NCBI RefSeq assembly: GCF_000007985.2
Contig: NC_002939.5
Coordinates: forward strand, 2,460,001-2,492,000
Direction of reading: 5' to 3'
Source: Geobacter sulfurreducens PCA
GTDB taxonomy: Bacteria; Desulfobacterota; Desulfuromonadia; Geobacterales; Geobacteraceae
DNA: 32,000 nt
Within the stretch, counting starts at the first letter, position 1; every line of letters begins with the position of its first letter. Shown piece after piece: positions 8,515 to 16,746 of this stretch. The notes under the pieces were generated by a model. That model worked only from the letters and a program-made list of their open reading frames with translations. It made no database searches and was not told where the DNA came from. A program made the translations under genes and the position numbers.

Positions 8515-9574
8515 CAAAGTCGGAGGCTCGCCGCAGGCCGGCAGCCGCGAGCCGGTCCCGGAGCTGCCTGTCGTTGCAGATCCTTATGATTGCGTCAGCA
8601 ATTGCCGGGGGGTCGCCCACGGGCACCTGAATACCGTCCACACCGTCCGTTACGATCTCGGCGAGCCCCCCGGTCCGGGTTACCACCACGGGCACGCCGG
8701 CGGCCATGGCCTCCACCGGCGACATACCGAAGGGCTCCATGGAGGAAGGGAGCACGAACACGTCGGTGTTCGCCAGCAGCGCCGGCACGTCCTCGCGCTC
8801 GCCGGGGCAATCCACCAAGTCCGTCACTCCGGCCTCCTCGGCGAAGCTCCGTAAGTTCGCCACATACCACCCGCTTCCGGCCAGCACGAGCCGCGCCGAC
8901 GGAAAAGGGCGACGGATCAACGCCATGGCTCGGATCAGGTCTTCCTGGCGCTTCTCGGTGCGAAACCCAGCCACACAGGCAATAACGGGGAAGTGACCGT
9001 CAAGTCCCAGTTCGCGCCTGGTATTCAGCCGCTCCTCGTCGGTGACCGAGGCAAATCGTGCCGTGGCCACGGGTGGATACTGCACGCGAATCTTGCGGGG
9101 GGCGACGCCGGCGGCAACCAGGTGCTCCCGCACGGCATTACTGCAGGCAAGCACCCGTTTCGGCAAGAGGTTGTAGGAGATGGCCCGTTTGATGGGGTTC
9201 AGGAGTTCACGGCTGCGGACCAGCGGAACTCCGGTGAGAAGTGAAGCGATTCCGCCGAGCCATGAATCCTTTGCCGAGTGGGAATAGATAACATCAACCC
9301 CCTCGCGGCGGATAACGGTACAGAACGAGCGGAGGGCTGCGGGGTGCACCGCGTTGCGCATGGGCACGCCGACTACCATGAGTCCTGCCTCCTGCGCCCG
9401 CGCACAGAGCAACGCATCGGGAGGGCAGAGGATGAGGGGACGGTGCCCGGCATCCCTCAACAGCCGCGCCTCGTGGACAATGCGCCGCTCCTGGCCGCCA
9501 AAATTTTTGGACGACTCAGCGAAAAGGACGGTCAGTCTGCTGCCGGTGCCCGTATTCCTGTCCATGGAAAGCAT
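8450..9574 (-). CDS. Glycosyltransferase family 4 (LPS core glycosyltransferase, RfaG-like)
   Basis: 374 aa. LTVLFAESSKNFGGQERRIV at the N-terminus. C-terminal EX7E region: VFVLPSSMEPFGMSPVEAMAAGVPVVVTRTGGLAEIV. Confidence 0.88.
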   Translation of the reverse strand: MLSMDRNTGTGSRLTVLFAESSKNFGGQERRIVHEARLLRDAGHRPLILCPPDALLCARAQEAGLMVVGVPMRNAVHPAALRSFCTVIRREGVDVIYSHSAKDSWLGGIASLLTGVPLVRSRELLNPIKRAISYNLLPKRVLACSNAVREHLVAAGVAPRKIRVQYPPVATARFASVTDEERLNTRRELGLDGHFPVIACVAGFRTEKRQEDLIRAMALIRRPFPSARLVLAGSGWYVANLRSFAEEAGVTDLVDCPGEREDVPALLANTDVFVLPSSMEPFGMSPVEAMAAGVPVVVTRTGGLAEIVTDGVDGIQVPVGDPPAIADAIIRICNDRQLRDRLAAAGLRRASDFDEARAIEALLGHFNDVIARRI

Positions 9575-9592
9575 CTCAGCGAGCCGTGGAAT

Positions 9593-10375
9593 TTACCGTT
9601 CGAGTTCTTCCGGCCGGGTCATGACCCAGCCGCGCGCCGCTTCAACCTGCTTGGCGTAGCGGTAGAACGTCCCCTCGAAGGTATAGAGGGCGATGACGAA
9701 CCCGGCCCAGCCGTCGAGGATGCCGAGCCGCAGGATATACATCCGGAAAAATGCGAACAGTGCGTGAAAGAGCGCCTTGCCCATGCCGGGGCGTACCCCC
9801 TTGGCGGTCATCTTGGCGGCACCCAGGGTGGAATAGCGGTCTATCTTGGAAATCATCTGCTCGAAGTTGCGGAACGGAATCTGCCAGATAGCATTCTTCA
9901 TGTGGCCGACTCGGCCGATGGTGGTAAACGACTCATGTACCACCTCGTCCGTGAACACCTGCGCGCCGCGGCGGAAAAGCTGGGGCTGGCGGTAGTCGGG
10001 GTACCAGCCGGAATGCTTGACCCAGCGTCCCATGAAAATGTTGCGGCGCGGCACGTAGTAAGCATCCAGGGCATCGGGGCTGTCGATGATGGCGAGGATC
10101 TCGTTCTTGGCCTCTTCAGTGCAACGCTCGTCCGTATCGAGGCTGAAGATCCATTCGTGGGACGTGGCGGCGATGGCGCTGTTGCGCAGCTTGCCGAATC
10201 CCTCGAAAGGGACCTGGATGACTTTGTCGGTATACTTCCGGGCGATCTCCGCCGTCCGGTCGGTGCTGAAGGAATCGATCACCACGATCTCATCGGCCCA
10301 AGTGACGCTCTGCAGGGCCGGCTCGATCTTCTGCTCCTCGTTGTAGGCTATGATATAAACGGAAACCTTCGCCAT
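9593..10375 (-). CDS. Glycosyltransferase family 2, WaaE/KdtX-like LPS core glycosyltransferase
   Basis: VSVYIIAYNEEQKIEPALQSVTWADEIVVIDSFSTDRTAEIARKY...FEGFGKLRN...FSLDTDER matches the WaaE/KdtX pattern. Track start 10414 is GTG. ATG 10375..10373 is preceded by AAGGAG 6 nt upstream, removes the overlap with the upstream gene, and gives MAKVSVYII (260 aa). Confidence 0.88.
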   Translation of the reverse strand: MAKVSVYIIAYNEEQKIEPALQSVTWADEIVVIDSFSTDRTAEIARKYTDKVIQVPFEGFGKLRNSAIAATSHEWIFSLDTDERCTEEAKNEILAIIDSPDALDAYYVPRRNIFMGRWVKHSGWYPDYRQPQLFRRGAQVFTDEVVHESFTTIGRVGHMKNAIWQIPFRNFEQMISKIDRYSTLGAAKMTAKGVRPGMGKALFHALFAFFRMYILRLGILDGWAGFVIALYTFEGTFYRYAKQVEAARGWVMTRPEELER

Positions 10376-10404
10376 TATCTCTCCTTTGTCTGCCGCAAAA
10401 TCAG

Positions 10405-11337
10405 TTACAGCCACGAGGTATCCGCCGTGCCGGTCAGGTCGATCCCCTCGAAGGCGTCACTGATGGGTTCCGCCCCTTCCTCCCTGCCGGCGGCCCGCCA
10501 GGCCGGCAGTCGCTTGCCGTAAAGCCTGAGCGAGCCCATGAGGGGGTTGTCCAGCGTGGCGCCCGCCCGGGGGATGATGCAGACGGCCGGGATACCGAGG
10601 GCATTGGCCGCCCAGTGGGAATAACCCGACATGGGGGTTGCCAGCATCACGGGGCAGCAGGCCAGGGCAAAGAGGTCTGCCACGGGATTCACCCGCGAGT
10701 CGTGGTCGGGCCCCTTGTAGCCATAGGGTGACGTCACATCGAGGGTGAACACGTCGAACCGGCGGTGGAGCGTCTCGTAGGTCGCCGGATCCCCCGTGCA
10801 CGAGAGGAAGAAGCTGACATCCTTCTGCTTGAGCGCGATCCGCTCCATGACCGCCTCGTACCACCAGAGCGGGACTGCCGGCCACTCGCAGGCAAGGGGA
10901 TCGTAGCGCGACTCGTCCACGATCCGGTAGTCGCCGTGGCGGATGTGCACGGCCACAACGGGTCTCCCTTGGACCCGCGCGAAGATTCGCCTGATGGCAT
11001 CAGCCAGGTTCGGCGCAAGTTTCACGCGGGACGCCACGTCCAGATAGATGGGGTCCAGCTTGTCCGATGGTCCGTCCAGGGAACGAAGGATGATCTTCTT
11101 GCCGGCAAAGGTGGCAAACTGCGCGGCATCACAGTTGCGAACCCGGAGAGCCCCCGGCTTCTGCCAGAAGCGGAGCTTTGCCCGGCGGGTTCCGGCCACG
11201 CTGAATGAATCCAGCTCACTCCAGTCCAGAATGATCTCGTGCCCGTATTCCTTCTGGATGGCAAAGGCGAGCGGCAGAGTTTCGAGTCGATTGGTGATGC
11301 CGACGAATTCATCGATATACAGCCTGGGTCTGGCCAT
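10405..11337 (-). CDS. Uncharacterised 310-aa protein with fucosyltransferase-superfamily (GT11/GT23/GT65-like) motifs
   Basis: The track ORF runs to 11463, inside waaF. ATG 11337..11335 shares one base with the waaF stop (TGATG). The protein has VAVHIRHGDYR (compare the HxRRGDY motif of alpha-1,2-fucosyltransferases). It also has NPVADLFALACCPVMLATPMSGYSHWAANAL (compare the D..M..C...I.ANSTFSWWAAWL motif). The family assignment is motif-based only. Confidence 0.5.
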   Translation of the reverse strand: MARPRLYIDEFVGITNRLETLPLAFAIQKEYGHEIILDWSELDSFSVAGTRRAKLRFWQKPGALRVRNCDAAQFATFAGKKIILRSLDGPSDKLDPIYLDVASRVKLAPNLADAIRRIFARVQGRPVVAVHIRHGDYRIVDESRYDPLACEWPAVPLWWYEAVMERIALKQKDVSFFLSCTGDPATYETLHRRFDVFTLDVTSPYGYKGPDHDSRVNPVADLFALACCPVMLATPMSGYSHWAANALGIPAVCIIPRAGATLDNPLMGSLRLYGKRLPAWRAAGREEGAEPISDAFEGIDLTGTADTSWL

Positions 11338-12407
11338 CACGATACTCCCTGGGAAGATAGTGCTTGTCGACCTGCCCGAAGCCGGTCTGCGGCCTCCACC
11401 ACCTCGGCTGTCGTCACCGCGGTCATGCATCGGTGGTCGGTGGGGCATTCCCGCAGCAGACACGGAGCGCAGTCGGTGTCGCGACGCACGATAACGGCCC
11501 GTTCGCTCCAGGGGGAGGTGGTCGAATGGTCCGTGGAGCCGAACACGGCCACCAGCGGGACGCCGAAGGCCGCCGCAATGTGCATGGGGCCCGAATCATT
11601 GGTGATAAAGAACTCACAGCGCTTGATGAGCGCCATGAGTTCCCGCACCGATGTCTTTCCCGCCATGACGACGCAGGGGGTGGTCATGGCCGCGGCAATA
11701 TCGGCGGCAATGGCCGCTTCACCCGGCCCGCCGGTCACCACAACCCTGGCACTCCAGCGGCTGGCCAACTCGTCGGCCACGGCGGCAAAACGCTCCGGAT
11801 ACCACCGTTTGGCGGCGCCGTACGTGGCGCCGGGGTTAATGCCAAGGAGGGCATCGCGAGTCCCGATTCCGTGCCCCGCCAAAAGTTCTGCCATGGCGGC
11901 ATCCTCGTCGGCCGTTGTGGCCAGTTCAAGATGCCGATCACTGGTGGTGACCCCGAAACGGGCGAGCATGGCCAGGTAGTATTCCACGTGATGGAGCAGG
12001 CGCGTGGCGCCGTCAACCGCAACTCCGTGGGTCAGAAGCGGTCCGCGGCCATCGGTCCGGTATCCCATGCGCCGGGGAATCCGCGCAAGCCAGGCAATAA
12101 GTGCCGCATCAACGGCATTCTGCAGCAGAATCGCCAGATCGAACCGCCGGGCTCTCAGTTCCCGGGCAAGCCGGAGTTTGCCTCGCAGGCCGGCATGCAC
12201 ACCTTTTCGGTCATAGATGATGACCTCGTCCACGGCCCCGTGAACGGTGAACAGCGGCGCCACCAGCGGATTGGCCAATACCGCCACCCGGGCGTTCGGG
12301 AAGCTCTCGCGAATTGCCCGCAGCGCCGGTGTGGTCATCACCGCATCGCCGATCCAGTTGGTGGACCGAACGAGTATGCTGCTGATTGTCTCCTGCTGAA
12401 TATCCAA
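11337..12407 (-). CDS. waaF: ADP-heptose:LPS heptosyltransferase II (GT9)
   Basis: ILVRSTNWIGDAVMTTPALRAIRESFPNARVAVLANP and FITNDSGPMHIAAAFGVPLVAVFGSTD are classic WaaF/RfaF motifs. The start codon at 12407 is TTG, and no in-frame ATG or GTG lies before the conserved N-terminus. Confidence 0.88.
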   Translation of the reverse strand: MDIQQETISSILVRSTNWIGDAVMTTPALRAIRESFPNARVAVLANPLVAPLFTVHGAVDEVIIYDRKGVHAGLRGKLRLARELRARRFDLAILLQNAVDAALIAWLARIPRRMGYRTDGRGPLLTHGVAVDGATRLLHHVEYYLAMLARFGVTTSDRHLELATTADEDAAMAELLAGHGIGTRDALLGINPGATYGAAKRWYPERFAAVADELASRWSARVVVTGGPGEAAIAADIAAAMTTPCVVMAGKTSVRELMALIKRCEFFITNDSGPMHIAAAFGVPLVAVFGSTDHSTTSPWSERAVIVRRDTDCAPCLLRECPTDHRCMTAVTTAEVVEAADRLRAGRQALSSQGVS

Positions 12408-12422
12408 AGCGTGTAGCCCCGT

Positions 12423-12599
12423 TTACCGGTCCCCGATGCGTTCAGCCTCGTCGAGGAGCATCACAGGGATATCGTCCCGCACGGGGAACCTGAGGCGGCA
12501 TGCCTCGCAGACCAGGGCCGAACCGTTATTGACCGGTTTCACCTCCCCGGTGCAGCGGGGACATGCCAGTATTTCGAATAATTCGATTGATAATGCCAT
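12423..12599 (-). CDS. Trm112/YcaR-family small zinc-ribbon-like protein (DUF343), 58 aa
   Basis: Not in the ORF track (under 60 aa). Hand translation from ATG 12599..12597 to TAA 12425..12423 gives MALSIELFEILACPRCTGEVKPVNNGSALVCEACRLRFPVRDDIPVMLLDEAERIGDR. It carries the LL.ILACP.C.G and C..C...(Y/F)P(I/V).D.IPVML.DEA signatures of Trm112/YcaR. An AAGGA Shine-Dalgarno lies 9 nt upstream. It sits directly after lpxK, as ycaR does in E. coli. Confidence 0.85.
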   Translation of the reverse strand: MALSIELFEILACPRCTGEVKPVNNGSALVCEACRLRFPVRDDIPVMLLDEAERIGDR

Positions 12600-12613
12600 A
12601 GCGTAAATTCCTT

Positions 12614-13675
12614 TTAAAGCACTTTGTCCAGGGCCGCTTCAAGGGGAGCGGGGTCCAGCGGGCGCATCTCGAGCACTGTTGCGTAGACCGGCAGCAGACG
12701 CGCCAGATGGGCAGACAGCTTGACCCCATCCTTGCCGGTAGTGATCAGATAATCGGCACCCGCGGCCGCTTCCCGCAGCGTGCTTACCTCTCGCTCGCCG
12801 TAAGAGGCGTGATCGGCAAAGGGAATGGCAGCCACGATGTCCAGTCCCTCCCTGCGGAGTGCATCGAAAAAACCTTCCGGCTCGGCGATGCCGGCACAGG
12901 CAACCCCTCTGAGGCCGCGCAGGGCTGCTAACGGCTGCACCTCTCCATCGGGAAGAAGAGCCGCCCCCGTCAGTGCGTGACCGGCACGGCACGAAGGGAT
13001 CATGCCGTGAACCGCCGGGGCTTTGCCACCGGTGCAGCGGGTGTAGACCACCAGATCGGCTCGCCGGACGGCCGTCTGCGGTTCCCGGAGCAGCCCCGCC
13101 GGCAGTGTCCGGCCGTTGCCGAGGGGACGGTTGCAATCCATGAGCAGGATGTTCAGGTCACGATGGAGCCGAAGGTGCTGGTAGCCGTCATCCAGAATGA
13201 AGACGTCCGGGTCGAGCTGTTCCAGCGCCAGGAGACCGGCTGTGTAACGGTCCGTGCCGATGACCGTCATGAGTCCGGGCACTGATGTTGCCAGATGCAC
13301 GGGTTCGTCACCCGCCTCGGCGGCGGAGAGAACGATAGTCCGACCGTCGGAGACAATGCGTGTTTCGCCTTCCAGCGACCCGCCGTACCCCCGCGAGATG
13401 ACCGCAACCCGCTTGCCCCGTGCCATGAGCCGGCGCGCCAGGTACGCCACCATGGGGGTCTTGCCCGTGCCTCCCACGGTCAGGTTACCTACGGAGATTA
13501 CCGGACGGTCCAGGTGCCTGACCGTGGACAGCCCCCTGGCGTAGGCCAGCGCCCGGAGCCGGACCACCAGCCCATAGAGGGCGGCTGGGATGGCGAGAAC
13601 CGCGCCGAGAAGCCGGGCAGCCGCGCCACACTCTTCACCGGAAGCCAGTTTTCGCCAGAACCCCGTGCAACTCAC
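12614..13675 (-). CDS. lpxK: Tetraacyldisaccharide 4'-kinase
   Basis: 353 aa with an N-terminal hydrophobic helix followed by the P-loop ISVGNLTVGGTGKTPMV. GTG start 13675..13673 overlaps the waaA stop (GTGA). Confidence 0.93.
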   Translation of the reverse strand: MSCTGFWRKLASGEECGAAARLLGAVLAIPAALYGLVVRLRALAYARGLSTVRHLDRPVISVGNLTVGGTGKTPMVAYLARRLMARGKRVAVISRGYGGSLEGETRIVSDGRTIVLSAAEAGDEPVHLATSVPGLMTVIGTDRYTAGLLALEQLDPDVFILDDGYQHLRLHRDLNILLMDCNRPLGNGRTLPAGLLREPQTAVRRADLVVYTRCTGGKAPAVHGMIPSCRAGHALTGAALLPDGEVQPLAALRGLRGVACAGIAEPEGFFDALRREGLDIVAAIPFADHASYGEREVSTLREAAAGADYLITTGKDGVKLSAHLARLLPVYATVLEMRPLDPAPLEAALDKVL

Positions 13676-14976
13676 TCGGCGCTCCCCGTGACAAGCAGGC
13701 GCCCGATGATCTCCAGGTGACGGGCGGCGGCCCCCCCTTGCTCTGTCATGAGGCGGATGCCGCGCTCACCCATGGCGAGTCGGCGGGGCTCGTCGTTCAG
13801 GAGCCGCCGCAGGGCATCCTCCAAACCGGCTCGGTCTTCAACCTGCTCGCCCGCATTGGCTGCCAGGACCAGGGCCGTTATCTCCCGAAAATTGTGCATG
13901 TGGGGGCCGAACAGGACCGGGGCCCCGACCGACGCAGGTTCCAGCAGGTTGTGCCCGCCCACCGGCACGAGGCTTCCCCCCACGAAGACCAAGTCGGACA
14001 GGGCATAGAGGTTCATGAGTTCGCCGACGGTGTCCACCAGCAGAACCCCGCCGGCTGCCGGTTCAGGCGCCCCATCAAGGGCGGAACGACGCACATGGGG
14101 AATCCCTTTGCCCTGCAGCATCGTCCCTACTTCAGCGGCGCGCTCCGGGTGCCGGGGCACGAGCACCAGGAACAGTCCGGACCGCTCCCGGGCAAGGCGG
14201 GCATAGCTGTCCACCACGACCTCTTCCTCACCGGCATGGGTACTTCCGGCAGTAATGACGAGGGTGTCCGGTGGGAGACGGTAACGCTGGTGCAATTCCT
14301 CGCGCTCCGCCGGGCTCAGGGTTCTCACGGGGAGATCATACTTGAGGTTGCGTGTCACGAACACCCGCTGCGCCGGCCCACCGATAGCCACGATGCGGCG
14401 GGCATCCTCCTCGCTCTGCATGCAGAGGGCGGACAGCTTGGCCAGGAGTGGGGCAAAAAACCACGAAAACCGGAGATAGCGCGGAAAGGAGCGGTCCGAA
14501 ATGCGACCATTGACCATGACGGCGGGGATTGACCTCCGACGGGCGTAGCGCAGGAAATTGGGCCAGATCTCCGTCTCCACCACAATGACCAGCGACGGGG
14601 ATACGAGCCGAAGTGCGCGGGACACGGCAAAGCCGAAATCAAAGGGGAAGTAGACGACTAGATCCGCCTCGGCGATCTTCTCGGCAATAGAACGTCCGGT
14701 TTCGGTCACGGTTGAGAGCACGACGGGCCGCTCGGGATACCGATGTTTCAGCTCACGCAGCAGGGGCTTCACCGCCATGGTTTCCCCCACCGAAACCGCG
14801 TGGACCCAGACGGGCCTCTTGCCCGCAACGGGTATGAGCCGTTCCGGCGCGATGAACCCGAACCGCTCGCCGAACCCGGCGAAACTCCTCCCCCGGCTCA
14901 CTGTCCGCCAGGCGTGGTGGGCGATAATCGCGGGCGACAGCAGGAGCAGCAGTATGTCGTACACAAGAAAGACCAT
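13672..14976 (-). CDS. waaA: 3-deoxy-D-manno-octulosonic acid (Kdo) transferase
   Basis: 434 aa with an N-terminal membrane anchor. Contains VWVHAVSVGETMAVKPLLRELKHRYPERPVVLSTVTETG and LVFVGGSLVPVGGHNLLEP, the WaaA/KdtA hallmarks. Confidence 0.93.
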   Translation of the reverse strand: MVFLVYDILLLLLSPAIIAHHAWRTVSRGRSFAGFGERFGFIAPERLIPVAGKRPVWVHAVSVGETMAVKPLLRELKHRYPERPVVLSTVTETGRSIAEKIAEADLVVYFPFDFGFAVSRALRLVSPSLVIVVETEIWPNFLRYARRRSIPAVMVNGRISDRSFPRYLRFSWFFAPLLAKLSALCMQSEEDARRIVAIGGPAQRVFVTRNLKYDLPVRTLSPAEREELHQRYRLPPDTLVITAGSTHAGEEEVVVDSYARLARERSGLFLVLVPRHPERAAEVGTMLQGKGIPHVRRSALDGAPEPAAGGVLLVDTVGELMNLYALSDLVFVGGSLVPVGGHNLLEPASVGAPVLFGPHMHNFREITALVLAANAGEQVEDRAGLEDALRRLLNDEPRRLAMGERGIRLMTEQGGAAARHLEIIGRLLVTGSAE

Positions 14977-14989
14977 CGAAACGCCATCC

Positions 14990-15026
14990 CCGACCGGTCG
15001 GCCGTCAAACCCGGGACCGGTCCCGG
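14990..15026. repeat. Two perfect GC-rich palindromes sharing the core GACCGGTC in the msbA-waaA spacer
   Basis: CCGACCGGTCGG lies at 14990..15001 and CCGGGACCGGTCCCGG at 15011..15026, read directly from the sequence. Their centres are 23 nt apart. The second ends 4 nt before the msbA stop codon complement (15031..15033). No U-tract follows either one on the minus strand. Confidence 0.9.
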
Positions 15027-15030
15027 CCTT

Positions 15031-16746
15031 TCACTTGAACTGCATGTCGTAGAGCTTGCGGTAGAGCCCGTCGCGCGCCAACAACTCGTCGTTGGTCCCG
15101 ACCTCAACCACCTCACCCTTGTCAATGACCACGATCCGGTCCGCATGGAGAACAGTGGAGAGCCGGTGGGCAATCACCAGGGTGGTCCGGTTCTTCATCA
15201 GATTGGTCAGGGCCTGCTGGACCATGTGCTCGCTTTCCGTATCCAGGGCGCTGGTTGCCTCATCCAGGAGGAGAATCGGGGCATTCTTGAGAATGGCCCG
15301 GGCGATGCAGAGCCGCTGCCGCTGACCACCGGAGAGGCGCACCCCCCGGTCGCCGATGTTTGTGTCATACCCCTCTGGCATCTCCATGATGAAGTCGTGG
15401 GCAAAGGCAGACCGGGCCGCGCGCTCCACTTCCTCCAGGGTAGCATCGGGGTTGCCGAGCCTGATGTTGTTGGCAATGGTTTCGTTGAACAGGATCGTTT
15501 CCTGATCCACCAGGGCGATCTGGCAAAGGAGGTCATCCAGCCGCAAGCGCCGTACGTCGATCCCGTCGATGAGCACCGCACCGCCGGTCACATCGTAAAA
15601 CCGGGGAATGAGCGACATGACCGTCGTCTTCCCGGCGCCCGATGGCCCAACCAGAGCCACCACCTCGCCCCGCCCGGCCGTGAACGATACGTCACGCAGC
15701 ACCTCCTCATCGTCATAGCGGAACGAGACATTGCGCAGTTCTACGGAGCCGCGAACCATTCCCGGCTCCACCGGATCGGGCGGGTCCTGGATGTCCGCTG
15801 GATGATCGATGACCTCGAAAACCCGTTCGGCCGCCCCCATGGCCTGCTGAACCGTATTGTAGGCGCTGAGGACCTTCTTGATCGGGCCGTAGAGCATCAC
15901 CATGGCGGTCAGAAAGGAGAAGAATTCGGGCGCCGTCATCTTGCCGTCCATGACCTGGCTGCCGCCGAACCAGATCACCCCCGCCACTCCGAACGAAGTG
16001 ATGATCTCCATGATGGGCGTGTGAAGCGATTCGTATTTAATGCTCTTGCGCAGGTAGCGGTACAGGCCGAGGTTGGTCCGGCTGAACCGATCCACAACGC
16101 TCTTCTCCTGACGGAATGCCTTGACCACCTTGATGCCGGAGAACGTCTCCTGGAGAATGCTCGTGATCTCACCCATCTGGCCCAGGGACTGTTTTGCCAG
16201 ATTCTTGATCCTCTTGCCGATTTTCTGGGCCGGAACGGCCGTAAGGGGGAGCACGATAAACGTGATGAGCGCCAGCTGCCAGTTGCGGTAGAAGATGACG
16301 CCCAGCAGGCCGATGGCGGTCACGCCGTCTCGCAACAGGCTCGTGACGATATTTGCCACCCCCTGCTGCATCTGCCCCACGTCGCTCATGATCCGGGACA
16401 TGAGGGTCCCGGTGGGATTATCGGTGAAGTAGCGCAGGGGCAGCCCTATCTGCTTGCGGTACACCTCGTTGCGGATGTCCTGGATGGCCAGCTGACCTGC
16501 GGTCTGGACATAGTAGCCCTGGAGGAACCGTGCCACCCCGCGGAACAGGAAGACGATAATCAGGGCCACAGGGACGAGGATGAAAATCGTCATGTCCCTT
16601 TCGGAAAAGATCTTCTTCAGCAGCGGCTCCACCATCCAGGCGATGGCCGCATCGGTGCCGCCGACGCAGAGTGACGCCGCCATGGAGATGACGATCCGCC
16701 ACCAGTAGGGCTTGCTGTAATGCAGAATGCGCTTGAAGGTATCCAT
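15031..16746 (-). CDS. msbA: Lipid A export ABC transporter, fused permease/ATPase
   Basis: 571 aa with a six-helix transmembrane domain. Walker A GPSGAGKTT, ABC signature LSGGQRQRLCIARA, Walker B ILLLDEATSALD. Located between lpxB and waaA. ATG 16746 shares one base with the lpxB stop (TAATG). Confidence 0.92.
   Translation of the reverse strand: MDTFKRILHYSKPYWWRIVISMAASLCVGGTDAAIAWMVEPLLKKIFSERDMTIFILVPVALIIVFLFRGVARFLQGYYVQTAGQLAIQDIRNEVYRKQIGLPLRYFTDNPTGTLMSRIMSDVGQMQQGVANIVTSLLRDGVTAIGLLGVIFYRNWQLALITFIVLPLTAVPAQKIGKRIKNLAKQSLGQMGEITSILQETFSGIKVVKAFRQEKSVVDRFSRTNLGLYRYLRKSIKYESLHTPIMEIITSFGVAGVIWFGGSQVMDGKMTAPEFFSFLTAMVMLYGPIKKVLSAYNTVQQAMGAAERVFEVIDHPADIQDPPDPVEPGMVRGSVELRNVSFRYDDEEVLRDVSFTAGRGEVVALVGPSGAGKTTVMSLIPRFYDVTGGAVLIDGIDVRRLRLDDLLCQIALVDQETILFNETIANNIRLGNPDATLEEVERAARSAFAHDFIMEMPEGYDTNIGDRGVRLSGGQRQRLCIARAILKNAPILLLDEATSALDTESEHMVQQALTNLMKNRTTLVIAHRLSTVLHADRIVVIDKGEVVEVGTNDELLARDGLYRKLYDMQFK

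Noticed and set aside
8590-8985. Extremely Arg/Pro-rich ORFs (131 aa on the plus strand, and 8595..8870 on the minus strand) inside the GT4 gene. A 262-aa Arg/Gly/Pro-rich minus-strand ORF lies at 17803..18591.
   Set aside because: These are off-frame readings of GC-rich coding sequence. The in-frame GT4 and aminotransferase translations carry clear catalytic motifs.
12526-12729. A 67-aa minus-strand ORF spanning the lpxK 3' end and the following spacer.
   Set aside because: It is out of frame with both lpxK and the Trm112-like gene that really occupies 12423..12599. Its translation is Cys/Arg-rich with no motif.
14743-16674. A very long plus-strand ORF (643 aa) antisense to msbA. Similar long plus-strand ORFs lie at 49..852, 9278..10522, 11364..12416, 16974..17885, 17910..19133, 19153..20067, 20121..21545, 21388..22425, 26168..27292, 28214..28900 and 30241..31275.
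   Set aside because: Each lies exactly opposite a minus-strand gene with strong family motifs. Their translations are low-complexity and rich in Arg, Gly, Pro, His and Asp with no recognisable motifs. Stop-poor antisense frames are expected at this GC content, so I treat them as shadow ORFs.
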